From an uncultured Bacilli bacterium (lineage in GTDB: Bacteria > Bacillota_I > Bacilli_A > RF39 > UBA660): 41,726 bases of DNA. Below are positions 9,690 through 19,612 of the stretch, one piece after another. The notes under the pieces were generated by a model. It saw nothing but the letters and a program-made list of their open reading frames with translations, ran no database searches and had not been told where the DNA came from. Both the position numbers and the translations under genes were made by a program. Every line of letters starts with the position of its first letter. Position 1 is the stretch's first letter. Location of the stretch: the NCBI GenBank assembly GCA_947632625.1, contig CANRPZ010000001.1:1-41726 (forward strand). The letters run 5' to 3'.

Positions 9690-9879
9690 AACGATCTTCC
9701 TCGGCTTCTTTTTCTAGCAATACTTTATCGAGCACTTTTTCAATTTCCATAAGAGTAGCTTTTTTTTCTAATAATTCAAAAAGTATAGCATCAACATCTT
9801 GTAAGGTTTTAGCTTTTTTAGCATATTCTAGTAAGGCATTCAATTCAACTTTATTTAGCCCGTTATTTTTTTCTGCCAT
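9676..9879 (-). CDS. Hypothetical small acidic helical protein (67 aa)
   Basis: The ORF overlaps both neighbours (17 nt upstream, 14 nt downstream), which suggests translational coupling. I recognise no motif. Confidence 0.45.
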   Translation of the reverse strand: MAEKNNGLNKVELNALLEYAKKAKTLQDVDAILFELLEKKATLMEIEKVLDKVLLEKEAEEDRYERE

Positions 9880-10921
9880 TTTCTATTTCAATTTCCGTTT
9901 TATTATTAACTACTTTTAAATAAAAATCTAAATATTGAGAAAATAATGCATCCCGTTTTGCTAAATCAAGCATATAACTTTTAATACCTCTTCTATCCAT
10001 ACGTAAAACTTTTGAAACGTAGTTTATACCTAAATAATACTTAACAAAATATCGAGCAAATGTATCCTTTTCTTCTAAAGTAAAGTATCTCTTTTCTTTA
10101 TCAAGAAGCTCTTTTATTTTATAATCATCTATTTCATGCTGAAGCTCTTTAAGTTTTTCAGCGATAAGTTCCTTTTTCTCTGTTTGTTTTTCATGTAAGT
10201 AATGATTAAAATAACGAACAAGAGTATTTCTTTTAGCTAAATAATTTTTGGCTTTTTGATACGCAATTTCTTCTGCACTGCTATCATTCCCAATAGTTTC
10301 TAGAAATAAAAATTCATCGATATTAAAATTCATAACCGTTCTAAATCCTTTAGCGATATCTAAAACGGTGGTATTTAATAATTTGGCCATTGATTTAAAA
10401 GAAACTCGATAAGTTAAAGCAAGCAAAAACATTTCTTTTTGAAAATTATTCGGATAAGCACTAAATGGATTTTTAATCTCTCTTTGGTTATCTTCTTTTG
10501 CAAATCCATAAGGCTTTAAAAATTTTTGGATTTCTTCATAATAATCAGGGTTGGTAATCGCACTTAACTCGATAAGAACTTGCACTACTGATGTTTTTCT
10601 TTCACTCGCTGCTTTTTTTAAATCGATTTCGCCTGCTAAAAGTTTCTTTACAATTTCTAAAGATTGAAAATCACTTATTTTATTATAAGATAAATCTCGA
10701 TACAATACATTTTTGTATTTTTGAACAATTCTTTTATAACGCTCTGGATCATAAGCAACAGAGGAAGAATCATTTAACAACTCTATTATTTTAGGTATTA
10801 TATTTCGAGAAATGTTTAATTCTAAAGCAATTTGAATATAATTTTCTCCAGACATTACTTTTTCTTCAATGGAATCAATATATTTTATATAATCGGACTT
10901 TTCTAATCTTGTATTCGCCAT
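9863..10921 (-). CDS. Hypothetical protein (352 aa) with HTH-like segments
   Basis: A long ORF in the lepA-hemW operon. The segments ENYIQIALELNISRNIIPKIIELL and SFKSMAKLLNTTVLDIAKGF look like helix-turn-helix units. I cannot assign a family. Confidence 0.55.
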   Translation of the reverse strand: MANTRLEKSDYIKYIDSIEEKVMSGENYIQIALELNISRNIIPKIIELLNDSSSVAYDPERYKRIVQKYKNVLYRDLSYNKISDFQSLEIVKKLLAGEIDLKKAASERKTSVVQVLIELSAITNPDYYEEIQKFLKPYGFAKEDNQREIKNPFSAYPNNFQKEMFLLALTYRVSFKSMAKLLNTTVLDIAKGFRTVMNFNIDEFLFLETIGNDSSAEEIAYQKAKNYLAKRNTLVRYFNHYLHEKQTEKKELIAEKLKELQHEIDDYKIKELLDKEKRYFTLEEKDTFARYFVKYYLGINYVSKVLRMDRRGIKSYMLDLAKRDALFSQYLDFYLKVVNNKTEIEIENGRKK

Positions 10922-10933
10922 AGTTTACTACAC

Positions 10934-12730
10934 CTAACTTTCTTCTTTTAATATTTCCAAGAAGGCTTCTTTAGGAACCTCAACATTTCCAAGCATTTTC
11001 ATTTTCTTTTTACCTTCTTTTTGTTTTTCTAATAATTTTCGCTTTCGAGAAATATCTCCACCATAACATTTTGCCAGAACATTTTTTTTCATTGCACTAA
11101 TCGTTTCTCGAGCAATCACTTTTGTTCCAATACTGGCTTGAATAGGAACTTGAAACATTTGACGTGGAATAATATCTTTTAATTTTTCAACAATAAGTCT
11201 TCCTCTTTGGTAAGCAAAATCTTTATGGACAATAGTGGATAAGGCATCCACAATTTCACCATTTAATAAAATATTCATTTTTACTAACTTGCTTTCCTTA
11301 TAACCACATAGTTCATAATCAAAAGAAGCAAAACCTTTTGTAGTACTTTTTAATTTATCAAAAAAATCATAAACAATCTCTGATAAAGGAATTTCATAAT
11401 GGATATTAACTCTTGTATCTTCAATGTATTCTAAAGATTTATAAATCCCTCTTTTGTTTTGGCATAATTCCATTATTGGTCCAATATACTCACGAGGAAC
11501 AATTATATTCGTATAGATATAAGGTTCTTCTATTTTTTTTATGTAAGTAGCATCAGGCATTTTATTTGGAGAATCTATATCTAAAACCGTTCCATCCGTT
11601 TGATAAACTTTATATATAACACTTGGACTCGTAGCAATGATATCCAAATCAAATTCTCGTTCTAAACGGCTGATAATAATATCCATATGTAAAAGGCCTA
11701 AAAAACCCATACGAAATCCAAATCCTAAAGCAATAGAGTTTTCGGCTTCAAAAGTTAAAGCGGCATCATTCAATTTTAATTTTTCAATAGCTTCTTTTAA
11801 ATTTTCATATTTATTTGGTTCCACAGGAAATATTCCGGAATAAACCATAGGTTTCATTTTTTTGTAACCTTCAAGGGCTTTTGTAGCACCCTCTTTTTCG
11901 GTTGTAATGGTATCTCCAACCTCAACGCTCGTTATATCTTTGATACTTGCACAAACATACCCAACATCACCACTTTTTAAAATATCCAGTTTTTTTTCTT
12001 TTGGAGTATGTACGCCAAGTTCGCTCACTATAAAACAATTTCCACTCGCCATCATTTTAATCGTATCTTTTATTTTTAAAGACCCATCGACAACTTTTAC
12101 TAAAGCAACTATTCCTTTATAAGGATCAAAGTACGAATCAAATATTAAGGCTCTTAAAGGTTTATCCAAATGATTTTCGGGTGGTTTAATACGCGTAACA
12201 ACCGCATCTAAAAGTTCTTTTACTCCTTCACCTGTTTTGCCACTGCATAATAAAATTTCTTCTTCTTTAAAACCAAGGACATGTTTTAATTCCTCTTTTA
12301 TTTTCGAAACATTTGCGTTAGGTAAATCAATTTTATTAATAACGGGAATAATCGTTAAATCATTTTGCATAGCTAAATAAAGATTGGCAAGCGTTTGTGC
12401 TTCAATTCCCTGGGCGGCATCCACAACTAAAATAGCTCCTTCACAAGCAGCAAGGCTTCTTGAAACCTCATAGGAAAAATCAACATGCCCAGGGGTATCA
12501 ATTAAATTTAAAATATAATTTTCATTTTGATAAGTATAATTTAAACAAACAGCATTTAATTTTATTGTAATGCCGCGTTCTCTTTCTAAATCCATACTAT
12601 CTAGGACTTGCTCCACCATTTCTCTTTTATCTATTGCATGAGTAAGTTCTAGCATACGATCGGCAAGAGTACTTTTCCCGTGATCAATATGAGCGATAAT
12701 AGAGAAATTACGTATATTTTCTTGTTTCAT
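10934..12730 (-). CDS. lepA: Elongation factor 4 (LepA)
   Basis: [30 protein letters not shown] and the LepA C-terminal domain are present. The start is set at the ATG of MKQENIRNF; the longer ORF begins with a GTG abutting the RBS. Confidence 0.95.
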   Translation of the reverse strand: MKQENIRNFSIIAHIDHGKSTLADRMLELTHAIDKREMVEQVLDSMDLERERGITIKLNAVCLNYTYQNENYILNLIDTPGHVDFSYEVSRSLAACEGAILVVDAAQGIEAQTLANLYLAMQNDLTIIPVINKIDLPNANVSKIKEELKHVLGFKEEEILLCSGKTGEGVKELLDAVVTRIKPPENHLDKPLRALIFDSYFDPYKGIVALVKVVDGSLKIKDTIKMMASGNCFIVSELGVHTPKEKKLDILKSGDVGYVCASIKDITSVEVGDTITTEKEGATKALEGYKKMKPMVYSGIFPVEPNKYENLKEAIEKLKLNDAALTFEAENSIALGFGFRMGFLGLLHMDIIISRLEREFDLDIIATSPSVIYKVYQTDGTVLDIDSPNKMPDATYIKKIEEPYIYTNIIVPREYIGPIMELCQNKRGIYKSLEYIEDTRVNIHYEIPLSEIVYDFFDKLKSTTKGFASFDYELCGYKESKLVKMNILLNGEIVDALSTIVHKDFAYQRGRLIVEKLKDIIPRQMFQVPIQASIGTKVIARETISAMKKNVLAKCYGGDISRKRKLLEKQKEGKKKMKMLGNVEVPKEAFLEILKEES

Positions 12731-12790
12731 AAGTATCACTACCTCTATTATACTTATTTTTAAAAAAAAGAAAAGAATTTTTTCTTCCCT

Positions 12791-13783
12791 TTATATCCAT
12801 ACACCATAGGTAATAGCTGCCATAGCAAGTAAAAAACCAACAACCCAAAATAATTTTACAATATCCGTTTCAGCCCATCCTAGTTGTTCAAAATGATGAT
12901 GCAAAGGGGCCATTTTAAATACTTTTTTATGAAACTTTGTTATCGCAATAATTTGAATAAAACTGGATAATGTTTCAATAACAAATACACCACCAACTAA
13001 AACTAAAGATAGTTCGTGTCTGGTTACAATCGCAACCGTTGCTAAAGCGCCACCTAAAGCAAGGCTTCCTAAATCTCCCATAAAGATTTTGGCAGGATGC
13101 GTATTATAAAGTAAAAAGCCAAGTAAACTCCCTACCAAAAGGAAACAAAAGATAGCGACCTCTTCATAACCTTCCATCCATCCTGTATTCCAAGCAATAA
13201 TACCAAAAGCTAAAAATGCAATCGCTGATAAACCTCCTGCTAATCCATCCAATCCATCTGTAATATTTACAGCATTTGAGGTTCCAACTAAAACAAATAA
13301 TATAAAAATACCAAAGACCCATCCCATCGGAATATTAATTCCTAAAGATGTAATCCATAAAACTGGCTCTCCACCATTTTTCATAAAGATATAGAAAAAG
13401 ACAAGCGCAATTCCCATTTGCATTAAAAATTTGGTCGTGATACTAATTCCTTTATTATTTTTAAATTTTATTTTCAAATAATCGTCCATAAAACCTAAAA
13501 AAGCATAACTTATAAAAACAAATATTAAAATAATTAAATTATGACTTAAAGAAATACTACCCCTTATATAAAGTAAGAATAAGGAAACTAAAACAGGAAT
13601 TATGAAGATAAAACCTCCCATCGTAGGTGTCCCATTCTTTTTTAAATGCCTTTCTCCAATCGTATGACTTACATTCTGTCCTAATTTTCTTCGACGCGCA
13701 AATCTTACAAAAAAGAAACCAAAAAGCATCGATATCACAAAGCCTAGCATGATGGACATCGCAGCTTTTGCTAATATTAACAT
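12791..13783 (-). CDS. mraY: Phospho-N-acetylmuramoyl-pentapeptide transferase
   Basis: A polytopic membrane protein with NAVNITDGLDGLAGG, GDLGSLALGG and APLHHHFE. Confidence 0.93.
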   Translation of the reverse strand: MLILAKAAMSIMLGFVISMLFGFFFVRFARRRKLGQNVSHTIGERHLKKNGTPTMGGFIFIIPVLVSLFLLYIRGSISLSHNLIILIFVFISYAFLGFMDDYLKIKFKNNKGISITTKFLMQMGIALVFFYIFMKNGGEPVLWITSLGINIPMGWVFGIFILFVLVGTSNAVNITDGLDGLAGGLSAIAFLAFGIIAWNTGWMEGYEEVAIFCFLLVGSLLGFLLYNTHPAKIFMGDLGSLALGGALATVAIVTRHELSLVLVGGVFVIETLSSFIQIIAITKFHKKVFKMAPLHHHFEQLGWAETDIVKLFWVVGFLLAMAAITYGVWI

Positions 13784-13806
13784 TTTTGTATCACCTCGTA
13801 ATCTAA

Positions 13807-13814
13807 ATTATACA
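13807..13814 (-). promoter_or_regulatory. Candidate extended -10 (TGTATAAT) promoter element for mraY
   Basis: The minus strand reads ..AATAGTGTATAATTTAGATTACGAGGTGATACAAAAATG. A TGnTATAAT element lies about 25 nt upstream of the mraY start. I see no clear -35. Confidence 0.4.
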
Positions 13815-13856
13815 CTATTTTTTTCCAAACATTCTATTCCGTTTTCAAAATTTACA

Positions 13857-14722
13857 CTAGTTAGACAATAGTAAGGAAACTTGCCCACCTTCTAAAGCAT
13901 AGTAATTTCCTTCCGGACTTTGATATAGAACTTTATCTCCTTCGCCACTCGTTAAAACTTGAAACCCTTTCAGTTGTTTTTTGGCTTCCTGAAGACTTAA
14001 GCCAACAACATTAGGAAGCATAACGTATTTTTGATCAAGCCATGTATATTCTCGGGGCATTCCTTCATTTGTTTTTGGATACCCATATAAACTAATAGCG
14101 GTTTTAAAAACATTTTTGGCAATCGGAGCGGAAACAACTCCTCCATATTGTGTAACACCTTTGGGATTATCAATTGCTACATATACTACAATTTCTGGGT
14201 CATCTGCTGGCATAAAGCCCATAAAAGATAAAATATAATTTCCAACCATATAAGCACCATCTTTTACTTTTTGCGCCGTTCCAGTCTTTCCTCCAATTCG
14301 GTAGTTTTCAATATATGCGTTTTTCCCTGAGCCATTCGCAACAACACTTTCTAAAGCGTATCTTACCATTTTACTTGTATCTTCACTAATCACACGAACT
14401 CCTTCATCGGGTTTAAACAATTTTATAACGCTATTGGTTTCGGGCTCTGTCATTTTTGATACAATATAAGGAGTATGTAAAATTCCGCCATTAATCGCTG
14501 CCGAAACTGCACGCACTTGTTGAATAGGTGTAACACTTATCCCTTGACCAAAACTTGTTGTTGCAAGTTCTACTGGACCCATTTTATCTAGAGAAAATAA
14601 TATTCCACTTGCTTCTCCATTTAAATCTACTCCTGTTTTTTTACCAAAACCAAAACTTTGAATATAATTTAATAAACGTTCTGCTCCGAGCTTTTGACCC
14701 ATTACAACAAACCCTGGGTTAC
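13857..14722 (-). CDS. spoVD: 3' segment of the split SpoVD-like class B penicillin-binding protein (transpeptidase C-terminal half plus one PASTA domain)
   Basis: The ORF reads MGQKLGAERLL..GGKTGTAQ (KTG motif)..PNVVGLSLQEAKKQLKGF (PASTA). The frame stays open upstream of the Met as NPGFVV up to the GGTTAC core at 14717..14722. The SxxK and SxN motifs are missing here; they lie in the 5' segment at 20214..21272. Confidence 0.85.
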
Positions 14723-14744
14723 TTTTTTACAAGCAAGAGAGACT
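14717..14744. repeat. attL-like junction: core GGTTAC, 9-bp spacer, then 13-bp repeat AGCAAGAGAGACT
   Basis: Read directly from the sequence as GGTTAC TTTTTTACA AGCAAGAGAGACT. The 13-mer is the exact reverse complement of 20203..20215. Confidence 0.8.
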
Positions 14745-14762
14745 TTTTAACTAAAAAAATTT

Positions 14763-16367
14763 TTATTTTCTCATATTTATTTCAATTTCTTCATCTTGTT
14801 TAGCAAAATTAAAGACAACCTGTAACTTTAAATGCTTTCTATCACTATCGATTTTACTCACGAGCACTTTATCAATAAATAAATTAAAATATTTTTTAAT
14901 ATTATTTCTAATGTCCAATTGAAATTCTAACTCTTTTTTTATATTTAAAATTAAAGGTTCATAATAATTAAATTTGGAATCCATTTTTAGTAAATCATTT
15001 TTTAGTTTCAATATCATTTCCTGTATTTTTTTATTTTTACTTTTAAATTCTTCTTCACTAATTAATCTTTTTAAAAACATATCTAGTAATCGTTCTTTAA
15101 ATGTTTCTTGCTCTTTTATTTTTGCTTCTAAAGTTTTATGTGTACAAATACCATTACTTTCTTTAAGTAAAAAGATATAATCTTTTACAATTGCATTTAA
15201 TATTTCCGTTTTATTTTCTATAAATTTTTCCAACCTATTAGCAAAAATTTCATCTAACTGTTTTTCATATAATATTGGTGTTTTACATCCCTTTATACCA
15301 TGTCTCAAATATTCATTACATTGCCAAACAGGATTTTCTTTTCTTTTACCACTTGCTGTTCTTATAAAAGTTGTATGATGTTCTATGCAAAATAATTTCG
15401 ATGTATAATTCTTATTTTCTAGATAAAATTCTTTATTTAAAACGTTTTTATTCCATATTTCTGTTCTTTTCTCTAATATTTTGTTCGCTTTATTCCAAAT
15501 TTTTTCTGTAACAATAGGAGGAATTATTTCCGGAGTTGCTTTTTCAAGTACCCATTCCTCTTTAGGATTCAATTTTTTCTTATGCGTTTTGTAATCCACA
15601 ATACTACTCATATTGGCAGTATACCATCCCTTGTATCGATAATTTTTAATCATTTTCTTTAATGTTGCATCACTAAAAATTTTACCTTTTCTAGTATAAT
15701 ATCCATTTTCTGCTAAAATTTCTCCGATTTTTTTGAACCCATATTCTCCTGATGAATATAAATTATATAATAATTTTACAGCAGGAGCTTCTTTTTCATT
15801 TATAATCAGTTTACAATCTTTTTTATTATAACCATAAAGCCCTCCCCCACCAACTTTTCGATCCTTAACGCTTCTTTTAATACCAAATTTTACTCTTTCT
15901 GATAGTTTACGAACCTCATCTTGGGCCATGCTTGCCATTAAAGTTAATCGAAATTCGCTGTCTGGATAAATCGTATTTATATTATCGGAAATAAAAAAGA
16001 CAATAACACCATAATTTAATAATAATTGAGTATATTTTATACTATCGATTGTATTACGAGCAAATCTAGAAACCTCTTTTGTTAAAATTAAATCAATTTT
16101 TCCTAATCTAGCATCCTCTATCATTTTTAAAAACTGCTCTCTTTTATAAACTTGCGTTCCACTTATCCCCTCATCACTATAACTTGCGACATGCAACCAT
16201 GAGTTCACATTAGAAATCATATCGTGAAAATATTTCACTTGATTTTCTAACGAATTTAATTGATCATCCTTATCCGTTGAAACTCGCCCATAATCTGCAA
16301 CTCTTAAATTCATATCATAAATTGTTTTACCGAGCATTAACTCCCTTCTTGCCTGAATTATATCCAA
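14763..16367 (-). CDS. Large serine recombinase (SpoIVCA/TnpX-like)
   Basis: The N-terminal resolvase domain has the catalytic-Ser context VADYGRVSTDKDDQLNSLENQ, plus LILTKEVSRFARN. A recombinase domain, a Cys-containing zinc-ribbon-like region (CIEHH..WQCNEYLRHGIKGC) and a C-terminal coiled coil follow. The start is uncertain: TTG at 16367, ATG at 16337 or ATG at 16313. Confidence 0.9.
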   Translation of the reverse strand: MDIIQARRELMLGKTIYDMNLRVADYGRVSTDKDDQLNSLENQVKYFHDMISNVNSWLHVASYSDEGISGTQVYKREQFLKMIEDARLGKIDLILTKEVSRFARNTIDSIKYTQLLLNYGVIVFFISDNINTIYPDSEFRLTLMASMAQDEVRKLSERVKFGIKRSVKDRKVGGGGLYGYNKKDCKLIINEKEAPAVKLLYNLYSSGEYGFKKIGEILAENGYYTRKGKIFSDATLKKMIKNYRYKGWYTANMSSIVDYKTHKKKLNPKEEWVLEKATPEIIPPIVTEKIWNKANKILEKRTEIWNKNVLNKEFYLENKNYTSKLFCIEHHTTFIRTASGKRKENPVWQCNEYLRHGIKGCKTPILYEKQLDEIFANRLEKFIENKTEILNAIVKDYIFLLKESNGICTHKTLEAKIKEQETFKERLLDMFLKRLISEEEFKSKNKKIQEMILKLKNDLLKMDSKFNYYEPLILNIKKELEFQLDIRNNIKKYFNLFIDKVLVSKIDSDRKHLKLQVVFNFAKQDEEIEINMRK

Positions 16368-16384
16368 TTTTTCAAGTCCTTTCT

Positions 16385-16570
16385 TTAGGTTTGAAATTCT
16401 AATAATAACTTATCAATTTTTTTCCCTAATAAATTTTGCATTTTATTATAAATATCCAAAGATATTATTTTTTTTTCATATAAATCTTTATTGATAGACA
16501 TTCTTAATTTTAAAATAAGATACTCTTTGGGTAATTTTTTGGTTTTCTCTTTTTCATTTATAAAATCCAA
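16385..16570 (-). CDS. Small hypothetical protein (about 61 aa) directly upstream of the recombinase
   Basis: AGGAGGAGG lies 7 nt upstream of a TTG at 16570..16568, inside the longer tool ORF. The product is LDFINEKEKTKKLPKEYLILKLRMSINKDLYEKKIISLDIYNKMQNLLGKKIDKLLLEFQT. I recognise no family. Confidence 0.45.
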   Translation of the reverse strand: MDFINEKEKTKKLPKEYLILKLRMSINKDLYEKKIISLDIYNKMQNLLGKKIDKLLLEFQT

Positions 16571-16608
16571 ATAAATTCCTCCTCCTATTAAAATTATTAA
16601 ATTCAAGC

Positions 16609-16635
16609 AAAAAAAAGAACTTATATAAAATTCTT
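16609..16635 (-). terminator. Weak candidate intrinsic terminator after the ABC-transporter genes
   Basis: The minus strand reads AAGAATTTTATATAAGTTCTT followed by T8. The stem is short and AT-rich. Confidence 0.4.
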
Positions 16636-16644
16636 AATAAATTC

Positions 16645-17295
16645 TTAATCAAAATAATTTTTATTTAAATTAATTTTAAACAAATTAAAACAAAATAATA
16701 GAATATCAAGAATAACTAAAAAGGCTATTGATATTGCATACCCATTATAATAATACGAAAAAATTAAAAAAAGAAGATATCCTACAAAAAAAATAGTATA
16801 AAATTTATTTTTATAAATAATTACACTTACTATTGCCAAAAGCAAACTATAAGCCCAAATAAGATCTAAAAAAAATAGCGATGGAAAAAAAGTAAATTTT
16901 CCTATAAGAATATAATATAAAAACGAAAGAATAAAAGCGTGTCCAATTTTATATATAAACAAAAATACAGAAAGAACGATTGTTTTTTTTAAATACCAAT
17001 TTTTATCATTAATGCGAGTAAAAATATTTATTTTTGACACAATCAAATCTTGAATGATTAAATAATATATTAAATAGATTTGAAAAAAAAGTAGAAATAA
17101 TTTTAATATTAATAATAATATATTGGCTTGATTTAAGCTAATATTTCCATAAAATACATCGAATAAGCTATAAGTTCCATTTTTATATATAAGTCCAATA
17201 CTACAAATGAGAACAATTTCTAAAAAAAGAAAAAGGATTATTTGCTTCCATTTATTTTTTAAGTTATAAAATGTTTTTTTTATAAAATATTGCAT
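16645..17295 (-). CDS. Polytopic membrane protein, putative ABC-2/LanG-like permease subunit
   Basis: About 6 hydrophobic segments. The ATG overlaps the upstream stop (ATGA), and the gene lies downstream of an ABC ATPase. Confidence 0.55.
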   Translation of the reverse strand: MQYFIKKTFYNLKNKWKQIILFLFLEIVLICSIGLIYKNGTYSLFDVFYGNISLNQANILLLILKLFLLFFQIYLIYYLIIQDLIVSKINIFTRINDKNWYLKKTIVLSVFLFIYKIGHAFILSFLYYILIGKFTFFPSLFFLDLIWAYSLLLAIVSVIIYKNKFYTIFFVGYLLFLIFSYYYNGYAISIAFLVILDILLFCFNLFKINLNKNYFD

Positions 17296-18011
17296 CAGCC
17301 CATATCCCTCCTTAAAGCACTTATTACTTGATACAAAATAGTAGCTATAGTTACTAATATGAAAATAAGAAGCAAAGAGTAGTGAACATCCAAAGTAATA
17401 TTTTCAAATCGAGGATTTAATAAGTAATACCCAAAAAAGAACTTAAAATGCGTTGCAATTTCAAAAGAAATAGGATAAATAACCAAAGATAAGGCAATTA
17501 AACAAGCCAAAATGAACGAAAATAAAGGATGAATTAAGTTCCATAAGTAATATAAAATTAGCGAAAGCACAGAACTAATTAGTATAAAACGACAAAAATG
17601 GTATATAAAATAAATTAAAATATTAATTCCATTAATAGACATATTAATAGAAAAATCACCTATATATTTAAAAAATAGCGGAATACAATTCATCATAAAA
17701 GATAATAAAATAACTATGCCATTAGTAATAAAAATGATTATAGACATTTCAGCAATGTAACTTTTTTTACTTTTATGACGTATAATCACCGAATAATTTT
17801 TTTTATATAAATCACAAATATTTAAAGTATTAACAAATAAACACAAAAGTAGTATAGCATTAAACCAAGAACTATTATAAATACTATATATTCCATAAAA
17901 AAAACCTGTTTGATTTGCGATATCCATCACACCATAAAAACTATTGATTATTAATATTAAAAAAATTCCCTTAAATTTATAGCTATTAAAACTATTAATT
18001 ACAAAACTCAT
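17295..18011 (-). CDS. Polytopic membrane protein, putative ABC-2/LanE-like permease subunit
   Basis: About 6 hydrophobic segments. I chose the start at MSFVINSF (ATG 18011), 1 nt after the ATPase stop. The tool ORF extends to 18080 by overlapping the ATPase gene. Confidence 0.55.
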   Translation of the reverse strand: MSFVINSFNSYKFKGIFLILIINSFYGVMDIANQTGFFYGIYSIYNSSWFNAILLLCLFVNTLNICDLYKKNYSVIIRHKSKKSYIAEMSIIIFITNGIVILLSFMMNCIPLFFKYIGDFSINMSINGINILIYFIYHFCRFILISSVLSLILYYLWNLIHPLFSFILACLIALSLVIYPISFEIATHFKFFFGYYLLNPRFENITLDVHYSLLLIFILVTIATILYQVISALRRDMG

Positions 18012-18012
18012 T

Positions 18013-18666
18013 TTATCTTTCAGTTTTCTTATCATTATATTTCTCCAATTTACCATCTTTAAATTTATAAACCTCATCACATAAATACTCTATATCCTCT
18101 TTAATATGAGAAGCAATAATAATTGTTTTGCCCTTTTTCTTTTCCTCCCTTAAATAATCTCTAAACTTTTTAGCAGTTTCGTCCTCAATACCATTTAAAG
18201 GCTCATCAAAAATAAGAACACTAGGATTTTCCATAATAACTTGAGCAAGACCTAATTTTTGTTTCATTCCTAACGAATACTTTCCATATTTTTTATCTTT
18301 TTCGGCATCAATATTAACAATCTTCATAGCGTCTATAATATCGTCATCTGAAATTTTATTTTGAATACTTGCTAATAATTTTAAATTTTCAAAACCTGTT
18401 AATTCTGGAATAAAATCAGGAGATTCAATTAAAGCTCTAGTATTTGGAGAAAAATTATTTTTATTATTATAATTCACACCATCAAAAAGTACACTACCCT
18501 CACTTGGAAAATAAAATCCACAAATGATTTTTAATAGTACACTTTTTCCTGATCCATTAGGACCAATCAATCCATAAATTTTTCCACTGTTAAAAGTTAT
18601 TGTAATATTTTTTAGAATATCAATCCCTTTAAAACTTTTTGATAAATTTTTTACCTCAATTTTCAT
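18013..18666 (-). CDS. ABC transporter ATP-binding protein (bacteriocin/lantibiotic-protection type by size and context)
   Basis: Walker A GPNGSGKS, Q-loop, signature YSLGMKQK, Walker B VLIFDEP and an H-loop SH. The start is set at ATG 18666, with GTGAGG 6 nt upstream. Confidence 0.85.
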   Translation of the reverse strand: MKIEVKNLSKSFKGIDILKNITITFNSGKIYGLIGPNGSGKSVLLKIICGFYFPSEGSVLFDGVNYNNKNNFSPNTRALIESPDFIPELTGFENLKLLASIQNKISDDDIIDAMKIVNIDAEKDKKYGKYSLGMKQKLGLAQVIMENPSVLIFDEPLNGIEDETAKKFRDYLREEKKKGKTIIIASHIKEDIEYLCDEVYKFKDGKLEKYNDKKTER

Positions 18667-18674
18667 ATCATACC

Positions 18675-19565
18675 TCACTTAATCATTTCACAATCCATAA
18701 TTGTTTTTTCTTTATTCTTATAACAGCAGTATACAATAAAAGTTGATATAGCTGCATATAAAAATCCAACAATTAAAAATGGTCCAATTCCAAATACATA
18801 TTTATAGGAATAAATATCATAAATATTTAAAATTGATTGAATTTGAATATGCAAAACTTTATAAAAAATAGTTGTAATCACCGCTTCGTTAATGATTTCA
18901 ATTCCAATAAAAGTTAAATAAGCCTCTATAATTGCAACTATCAAACTTTTATTTTTTTTAACATAAAGTAATCCTAAATTAGCATAGAAAATACTAAAGA
19001 ATACTAAATTTAGTAAATAGCTTATAAAAAACAAACCAAAATTTTTTAAGTATATCTCATCAAACGTAGAATAAGAATTTGCTAATGCAAATGAATAATC
19101 AAAATTTCCTTTTGATAAAAAACAAGAAATCATAAATACAATAATCATTAAAAAAGGTAAAATCCAAATACATTTATATGCGTTTTTAAAAAGGTGTTTT
19201 AAATAATTTGAATAATTATTCCGTAGTAAATAATTTTTTAAATAAGAATTTTTCATTTCTTTTGCTATGCACCATATAGCAGGAATAAGAATAAAAAGTG
19301 GTCCAAATCCACATAATATACTTAAAGAACCATCAACTACAATACTAAAAAATATCGTATATGCATCTACTGGAGGTGATTCCCATTCTAAAATAGTACT
19401 ACAATTTGACTTTACAGAGGGATTTTGTATGCATTCATTTTTTGCATTTGAAAAATATTTTTCAATTTTGTAGCGATTAACTGCATAAGAAATACCTCCA
19501 CTTAAGGCAATAACTAATAAAATTAAAAAAGAAATAATAATGGCTCGATTTTTCAAATATTTCAT
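18675..19565 (-). CDS. Polytopic membrane protein of unknown function with a Cys-containing extracellular loop
   Basis: An N-terminal TM segment, the loop NECIQNPSVKSNCSTILEWESPP, then about 5 more TM segments. It is the first membrane gene of the element operon. Confidence 0.55.
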   Translation of the reverse strand: MKYLKNRAIIISFLILLVIALSGGISYAVNRYKIEKYFSNAKNECIQNPSVKSNCSTILEWESPPVDAYTIFFSIVVDGSLSILCGFGPLFILIPAIWCIAKEMKNSYLKNYLLRNNYSNYLKHLFKNAYKCIWILPFLMIIVFMISCFLSKGNFDYSFALANSYSTFDEIYLKNFGLFFISYLLNLVFFSIFYANLGLLYVKKNKSLIVAIIEAYLTFIGIEIINEAVITTIFYKVLHIQIQSILNIYDIYSYKYVFGIGPFLIVGFLYAAISTFIVYCCYKNKEKTIMDCEMIK

Positions 19566-19612
19566 AATAAACTCCTAAATTAATAGCAAAGGGAATAATT
19601 TATTTTTGCTAA

